From Ostreococcus lucimarinus (lineage: Eukaryota): a DNA stretch of 64,000 nucleotides. Below, in pieces: positions 58,456 to 64,000 of this stretch. A program made the translations under genes and the position numbers. The notes beneath the pieces were generated by a model, which saw nothing but the letters and a program-made list of their open reading frames with translations, had not been told where the DNA came from and searched no databases. Positions within the stretch are counted from its first letter, which is position 1, and every line of letters starts with the position of its first letter. Location: assembly GCA_000092065.1 (NCBI GenBank), contig CP000582.1. The stretch is one strand, 5' to 3'.

Positions 58456-59958
58456 TTGCTCGGGAAATTGGACGCCGCGAGACAGGCTGGGAGGTTCGGT
58501 GAGGCGGAGATCGCGTTGTTGAAGGAAAAGCTCGCGATCGTGGTGAGCGCGTTTCAGAGCGAGCGGGAGAAGAGGGAGAAGGAATTGGAGGCGCTCGGGA
58601 GCGCGGCGCGCGTGGAGCTGAGCGAGCGAGAGTTCGCGTTGTCGAGCGCGAGATTGGAGCTCGCGGAGGCGAGACGGTTGATAAAGATTTTGGAAGCGAG
58701 AGAGGATAGTACGAGAGATGATCTCGACGAGGCTTTGACGGCGAATGAGATTTTGAAGGCGCAGTTGCTGGACGAACACGAGTGCGCTTCGACGCTTCGA
58801 CGCGAGTGCGCGCGGTTGCGCGAGGCGCTGCGAGATGCGGGCGAGGCGTTGGCGTACGCGGCGGAAAGAGAAGAAGAACTCACGAATAAGCCGGCGGGAA
58901 TGGATGACGTGGAGGTGAGACTCGAGCGTGAGGCGCAAAACGCAAAGATTGCGCGCTTGGAAGAAAAGCTCGTCGAGACGAGGGACGAAAACAAATTGCT
59001 CAGACGAGACTTGGTGGAGCGCGACGGAGAAAACTCAGAGTTACATCGCGCGGTTGCCGAGCGCGATGGTGCGCAGCGGTTCCTCAAAACGCAACTCGCG
59101 GACTGGAATCAGCGTTTGTACGCTCGCGCCGAAGGAAGCGACTCCCAACTCGCCGGTACGACGACGAGCGCGAGCGAAGGTTCGGCGACTGAACTGCGAA
59201 CGAGGTTGGATCAAGTCGAGATCGAACTCGGTGCGAAGACTGGCGCGGTTATCGCGTTGGAGCGTCGCGTGAAAGATCAAGACAAGGCACTCGAACGCGC
59301 GCGTGCGGAGATCGAAAAGATGCGCGAGAAGCTCTTCGCGCGCGAGACGACGGATGTCCGCGCCACGGCACCGAAGCAGCGATCCAAGTACGTCGAGGAC
59401 GCCGAGAATACCGCGGCGCAGGTTATGGAGACGCTTCGCGCGACGCGCGACAGACATGCAGAGAAGCGTAGTCGCGACGCTCGCGCGGCACGACGCGTCG
59501 GTGGCCCCAAGAGCGCGCAGAGCCGACCGGCGACGAAGAAACGCGAGCGAGCGCCGCCGTCATCCGTGGTCATTGACGCGAACGCCCCGTACCAACCGCC
59601 GCGAGCGAATGACGACGAGGACGAGGACGACGATGGCGATGATGACAGCGAGTACGAAGAAATTGACGTGCCGATCAAGCGCACGACGAAGAAGGGAATG
59701 TCGAAGAAGAAGTCAATCGCGCCCGCCGCCGCCAAGGAAAATGCCGCGACGGACGCCGCGCCGGCGAACGACGGTCCGCGCATGCCTCTCGGCATGCTTC
59801 AGATGCCCAAACTAGGCGCAAAGAAAGACAAGGGCGCGGTCGACGATGTCGCGCAGAAGAAGCGCCGATTGAATCGTCAATCGGCGATTCCCGAAGCGTT
59901 GCCGTCTTTAATGTTCGGCGTCGCCGACGGCGATTTTCAAGTCGCCCCGGCAAAGTGA
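58456..59958 (+). CDS. Coiled-coil protein of unknown function with an acidic (DEDEDDDGDDD) tail and a basic C-terminus. The 5' end is undefined.
   Basis: A 500-aa ORF with good GC3 bias and heptad-rich E/R/L/A sequence (LEALGSAARVELSEREFALSSARLELAEARRLIKILE...). The track start is TTG and there is no in-frame ATG before about residue 160. An upstream exon is therefore likely. Confidence 0.4.
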   Translation: MLGKLDAARQAGRFGEAEIALLKEKLAIVVSAFQSEREKREKELEALGSAARVELSEREFALSSARLELAEARRLIKILEAREDSTRDDLDEALTANEILKAQLLDEHECASTLRRECARLREALRDAGEALAYAAEREEELTNKPAGMDDVEVRLEREAQNAKIARLEEKLVETRDENKLLRRDLVERDGENSELHRAVAERDGAQRFLKTQLADWNQRLYARAEGSDSQLAGTTTSASEGSATELRTRLDQVEIELGAKTGAVIALERRVKDQDKALERARAEIEKMREKLFARETTDVRATAPKQRSKYVEDAENTAAQVMETLRATRDRHAEKRSRDARAARRVGGPKSAQSRPATKKRERAPPSSVVIDANAPYQPPRANDDEDEDDDGDDDSEYEEIDVPIKRTTKKGMSKKKSIAPAAAKENAATDAAPANDGPRMPLGMLQMPKLGAKKDKGAVDDVAQKKRRLNRQSAIPEALPSLMFGVADGDFQVAPAK

Positions 59959-60272
59959 GCCACCCGAGAATTACCCTCGTTCGCGTCCTTTGCACGATGA
60001 AACACCACACGAGCTAAATACTATCACGCATCGCTGCGTCCTACGCGTCCCTCCCGCGCCGCGTCGCCCCCTCGCCGCCGCCTTCGCCGCGTCGACTCAA
60101 ACGTCCCGCGTCTCTCGCGCCGTCCCATCGCCACCAACCGCACCAACAGCCCCCCCACGACGAGCGCGCTCACCACGCACACCCCCACCAGCGCCTCGCG
60201 CGCGCGCGCCCCCCCCCTCGCGTCGTCTTTCCACCGCCAGTCCTCGAACATGCCCGCACACCGCGCCTCGCA

Positions 60273-61307
60273 ATGGCGTCCGTCGCCCCGCGCGCGCGCG
60301 CGTCGACCGCCTCGCGCGCGCGCGCGCGCGTCGCGTCGTCCGCGTCGGCGTCGTCGACCGCGCGTCGGCGCGCGTCGCGCTCGAAACACGGCGACGCGCG
60401 CGGCGTCGACGTCAACCGACGCGCGGTCGCGGTCGCGCTCGCGGTCGCGCTCGCGACGCGCGCGGCGCCGCGCGCGCGCGCGACGGCGACGACGACGACG
60501 GATGAATTCAACGCGCTCGAGCGACGGGCGAAGCGGGCGTACTACGCGCGCGATTTGAAGCGGGCGCGCGAGGACTTGACAGCCATCATCGCGATGGAGC
60601 CCGAGACGCCCGAGTGGCGCGAGCGCCGCGCGCAGGTGCTCGTCGACATGAAATTGTTCGAAGAAGCCATCGCGGATTACGACGAGGCGGAGCGAATGTA
60701 TCGAGCGATGTACGACGACGCGACGACGACGTACAAGTCGCTCGGGATGCTGAGTAATCGCGCGTTGGCGTACGAAGGGTTGAGTCGCTGGGACGCGGCG
60801 ATCGCGGATTACTCGGAGGCGTTGAAGTACTCGTCGATGATGGGAGCGACGCCGCCGTACGTGCTGAATTCGCGTGGGAATTGTTATAACTCGATCGGGG
60901 AGTACGAGAAGGCGCTGGATGATTACTCGCGCGCGGCGGGCATTTTTCAGCAGTCTCGAAATCTTAGCGGAGCGATCTACGCGCAGAGCAACGCGGCGTT
61001 GATGCTCGCCGAACTCGGCCGAATCGACGAGGCGATAGAGGACATGGAAAAGGTTAAAAGACGAGCCGCCGGGAGCGTTGACATGCGCGCCGCGCTCGCG
61101 GCTCTCTATTGGTCGCGAGGGGAGGAGCAGCGCGCGGAGGATAATTGGAATTGGAGCTGCACGGCGATCAACAGTGGCCAAATGGTCGAAGGTGGTCCAG
61201 TGCTCGACGGCTGCGAGCTTTATCGCGATTACGATTGGCTCGGTCGCATTCGACGTTGGCCCCCGTCAATGGTGCAAAAGTTTAAAAGATTCATTGAGTT
61301 GAGTTGA
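60273..61307 (+). CDS. TPR-repeat protein with an Ala/Arg/Ser-rich presequence (possibly plastid-targeted)
   Basis: ATG at 60273. After the presequence MASVAPRARASTASRARARVASSASASS come about 5 TPR units (AIADYDEAERMY, WDAAIADYSEALKY, YEKALDDYSRAAGIF, IDEAIEDMEKV). Confidence 0.55.
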   Translation: MASVAPRARASTASRARARVASSASASSTARRRASRSKHGDARGVDVNRRAVAVALAVALATRAAPRARATATTTTDEFNALERRAKRAYYARDLKRAREDLTAIIAMEPETPEWRERRAQVLVDMKLFEEAIADYDEAERMYRAMYDDATTTYKSLGMLSNRALAYEGLSRWDAAIADYSEALKYSSMMGATPPYVLNSRGNCYNSIGEYEKALDDYSRAAGIFQQSRNLSGAIYAQSNAALMLAELGRIDEAIEDMEKVKRRAAGSVDMRAALAALYWSRGEEQRAEDNWNWSCTAINSGQMVEGGPVLDGCELYRDYDWLGRIRRWPPSMVQKFKRFIELS

Positions 61308-61341
61308 AAACAATGATTTAGTGATACAATAGTCGTTAGAT

Positions 61342-63963
61342 CTAGTTGAAATACCACAGCGTCGTTCCCTCGATGAGCCCGAGCGTGTCTACGTTTGATT
61401 CCAAGTCGCCGCTATCGCCAGAACCTTTGCGGCGCTTTGCCACGCACACGACGACGGGAAGCCCTCTCGGCGCCTTTGAGAAGTGCACGATAGGCACTGG
61501 CGCTTGGTCGGGTGCTTGCGAATTCGTGTACTGACGTCCCGTTTTTCTGGGATCAATGTCAATCATCGCTTCTACGCGTGCTCTCGCGGCGGGCGAAATT
61601 TCATTCATGAAATTTTTCGCGTCACGCCCTGCGCCCCACACGATGAATTTCTCCCACGACTTCATGGGAAGAATGCGTTCCTCGAACGCTTGCGCGCGAA
61701 CCTGCAACAGCCGACGGCGACTACACCGTGCTGATGCGCTCTGTGGACTCCAGCGATACAACAGCACCGGGTTATGCGGGTAGTCCCCGGCGCGTAAAAG
61801 CGATGGCAAGCCCTTTTTCAAGTTCTGCTCGTAATTTAACGCCAAGTGCCGTTGGAAGAAAATTAAATCTTCCGCCTCGCCCGAACCAGGCGGTGCCTCA
61901 ACAAAACCGCCTACGGTTTCTGCGACCGTTCGCGCCATGCACCACGTCGGCAAGAGTACCGTGCACTCTCGGAATTGTTCGAGGTGAAGCTCGTTTTGCG
62001 TCATCATGTTCGCCCAGGCTTCGTAATGCTCCGTTGAACCGCTTGGATACCGTTTCCAGCACCCTCCAACGATGGCCGTCCGATTTTCCGCGGCGAGTGG
62101 CACTTGTAGCTCGAGTCGCTGTGGCATCATGACGTCGTCAGAGTCCAGGAAGACTAAAATGTCTCCGTGACTCTGCTCGATGCAACGATTTCGACAGAAC
62201 CCGATACCAAAGTTGGGCGCGTCTTCCGCGACAAACTTCGAGCTCTCTGGCCACCTGCTTCCGTTCACCACAACGGCGATGCCCACTCGGGTAAACGCCT
62301 CGCGCCAGATTTTGATGATGTCTGGCGACCCATCCGTACTGCTGTCGTCGAAGATGCTCACCTCGATTGGACCTCGGTACGTTTGAGCGCATATAGAGCT
62401 CAAAGTCTCATCTAACCAACGAGATGCGTTATACACGGGAACAATGATACTGACGCTCGGCAAAGTAGTATCCACCGGAGGTCGAACGGGTTGCTCCTTG
62501 GGCGACGTCGACACTAGGAAATCGAGCACGCGCTTGAGCTTCGGCTTGGCGGATACGACTTCTTTGAGGATGGGAATCCCAACCTGCTCATACGATTCTT
62601 GCTTCACTCGAGCCATGCCATTCGCCAAAAGGCGTACTGACGAAGTCAAGTTACTCGTTCCACTATGAATCATCCACGGGTGTAACAACGCCACGGTCCC
62701 AGCCTTCCCGACAAGTTGCTCGATGACGCCATCGATGTCGTCTCGTCGAATCGCATTTTCAGCTTCGTGCGCATCTAGCTCGTACGAAAGCGGGAGACGT
62801 CCTTCGGTCGACAATTCGCTCACTAGATCAATAGCCCATGAGTTCAAATCTTGGTGAATGATGCCGCCCTTTGAGCGCAAATGCGACGCGATCCACTTGT
62901 GTGAACCCTTGATGAACGCCGTACCGCCGCCGCCCGGGACGCAGTCGGATAAAAATACCAAAATAATCACGCCTTGGTACGGATGTCCGTCCGGTGTGCG
63001 CTGCGCATCCGTGCTGAATCCCGCGCCAATGTCTAAGTGCCAGCCTCGGTTGAGCATACGCCTTCGATTGACCGGATGCCACGACCTGGCCGCCTCGAGC
63101 TCCTCCGCCTTTGGCTCTGGAGATCCCTCCCTGACTTGTCTGTCTACGATATTTGCCGACCTTTCGTCTAAAAGCATCATCGCCCGCCCTCGCACTTGTT
63201 TTTTCGTGCACGAAGGGCGTACTCTCTGCATCAACTGCGTGATGTACTGCCACTTCTCCCCGTGCTCCGTAACAGCCGCCAGAAGCGCGGCGTCGTGCTC
63301 GGGCGCCCATGCGCTTTCATAATGCTCCTCACACTGCTTCGCCGTCCACGTCAACTCACTCGTGCTCATCATCTTCGCGATGGCATCCCAATTGTGACCG
63401 CCCTCCTTCAACTTTCTCACGTTCCCGCTGTCGCACTCTGTCCATCTCGCAGGCGCCGGCGCGCACGCCCCGCTCTCGTCGCTCACTTTCCTTCGCTTCT
63501 CGCTCTGTTCCGCCCTCGCCGCCCTCGCTTTGGCTTCCTCCGCCACGAGCATCGCTTGTTCACTATCCTTTTCCGGAAACGTCACCGGGCAGTACCAATG
63601 CCGCACGTCGCACGCGCGTCGCCGTTCGTCCACCGCGTTCAGTTCTATGTCCCACGCCGCGCGCCCGAGCACTTCGTCCAGCGCTTTCGCGAGCTCGGGC
63701 GAGTTCCTCAGCGCGTCCCACGGCGCGCCGTCGCTCGGGGCGACGACTTCGATCACCCTTCGCGCGTTCCCGCGCGGCCACGTCGAGGGGTCGTCCAAAG
63801 CGAGCGGCGTCGACGCATTTCTTTCGCGACCGCTCTCGGCGGTGACGCACGGGTCGGCGAGTTCGCGACGCAACTGCGCGCGTATACCGTCGACGACGGA
63901 CGCGGAGACGGCGTCGGGGATGAGAACGATGCCGTCGGCGATGAATCGCTCGCGGAGCGACAT
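61342..63963 (-). CDS. Multidomain protein: PhyH-like Fe(II)/2-oxoglutarate dioxygenase (interrupted by a Myb/SANT-like insert), a GT2 family glycosyltransferase, and a C-terminal Rossmann-like region
   Basis: ATG at 63963. The PhyH N-terminus is FIADGIVLIPDAVSASVVDGIRAQL. The Myb-like insert is W..E...L..AV..HG.KW. The dioxygenase core is WHLDIG...(HxD), GGGTAFIKGSHKW, TVALLHPWMIHSGTSN. GT2 motifs: SVSIIVPVYNASRWLDETLSSICAQTY, IFDDSSTDGS, VFLDSDDV. The C-terminus has FIVWGAGRDAKNF. The 873-aa ORF has no in-frame stop. Confidence 0.7.
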   Translation of the reverse strand: MSLRERFIADGIVLIPDAVSASVVDGIRAQLRRELADPCVTAESGRERNASTPLALDDPSTWPRGNARRVIEVVAPSDGAPWDALRNSPELAKALDEVLGRAAWDIELNAVDERRRACDVRHWYCPVTFPEKDSEQAMLVAEEAKARAARAEQSEKRRKVSDESGACAPAPARWTECDSGNVRKLKEGGHNWDAIAKMMSTSELTWTAKQCEEHYESAWAPEHDAALLAAVTEHGEKWQYITQLMQRVRPSCTKKQVRGRAMMLLDERSANIVDRQVREGSPEPKAEELEAARSWHPVNRRRMLNRGWHLDIGAGFSTDAQRTPDGHPYQGVIILVFLSDCVPGGGGTAFIKGSHKWIASHLRSKGGIIHQDLNSWAIDLVSELSTEGRLPLSYELDAHEAENAIRRDDIDGVIEQLVGKAGTVALLHPWMIHSGTSNLTSSVRLLANGMARVKQESYEQVGIPILKEVVSAKPKLKRVLDFLVSTSPKEQPVRPPVDTTLPSVSIIVPVYNASRWLDETLSSICAQTYRGPIEVSIFDDSSTDGSPDIIKIWREAFTRVGIAVVVNGSRWPESSKFVAEDAPNFGIGFCRNRCIEQSHGDILVFLDSDDVMMPQRLELQVPLAAENRTAIVGGCWKRYPSGSTEHYEAWANMMTQNELHLEQFRECTVLLPTWCMARTVAETVGGFVEAPPGSGEAEDLIFFQRHLALNYEQNLKKGLPSLLRAGDYPHNPVLLYRWSPQSASARCSRRRLLQVRAQAFEERILPMKSWEKFIVWGAGRDAKNFMNEISPAARARVEAMIDIDPRKTGRQYTNSQAPDQAPVPIVHFSKAPRGLPVVVCVAKRRKGSGDSGDLESNVDTLGLIEGTTLWYFN

Positions 63964-64000
63964 GGCCGCGACGGGCGCGGCGCGCGCTGCGGGACGAAGT

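Noticed and set aside
1-64000. Prokaryotic interpretation (operons, defence islands, CRISPR), given the bacterial-style ORF track
   Set aside because: Every well-conserved gene is a eukaryotic nuclear gene: exportin, Pol delta, APC4, COG3, RPN10, SLBP, CAF-1, LHC. There are spliceosomal introns, transit peptides and no Shine-Dalgarno-spaced operons. The only CRISPR-like feature is a 20-nt direct repeat occurring twice at about 9487-9526, which is a simple duplication, not an array.

Overview
This is a nuclear-genome fragment from a very GC-rich, extremely gene-dense eukaryote; nothing in it looks prokaryotic. The gene content (LHC antenna protein, ferredoxin-thioredoxin reductase, DPE1, plastid-type ferritin) and the compact, intron-poor structure point to a picoplanktonic green alga (Mamiellophyceae, Micromonas/Ostreococcus-like). 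That assignment is inference only; no database was consulted. I count about 34 protein-coding genes on both strands, with intergenic spacers often under 200 bp and convergent stop codons as close as about 57 bp. No rRNA, tRNA or CRISPR could be recognised by eye. The supplied ORF track allows GTG/TTG starts and reports many long antisense, arginine-rich ORFs. Those are artefacts of roughly 65% GC. True genes are identified by conserved motifs plus strong GC3 codon bias. Four genes (exportin-1, CAF-1 p60, RPN10, an LHC protein) show a tiny 5' exon, a short intron with a GTGCGCG-type (GTACGCGCG in CAF-1) donor and a CAG acceptor, which restores conserved N-termini. The most interesting features are: (i) a single ORF fusing a CBS/cysteine-synthase-type PLP domain to a full CSAD/GAD-type group-II decarboxylase, a candidate bifunctional sulfonate (taurine-type) osmolyte synthase; (ii) a single ORF combining a PhyH-like dioxygenase, an internal Myb/SANT-like insert and a GT2 glycosyltransferase; (iii) a bacterial-type tRNA 2-selenouridine synthase (SelU/MnmH) with an N-terminal extension; (iv) a giant secreted DUF285-repeat protein running off the window start. 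Hand-derived coordinates (true starts, splice sites) are approximate to about ±3 nt.
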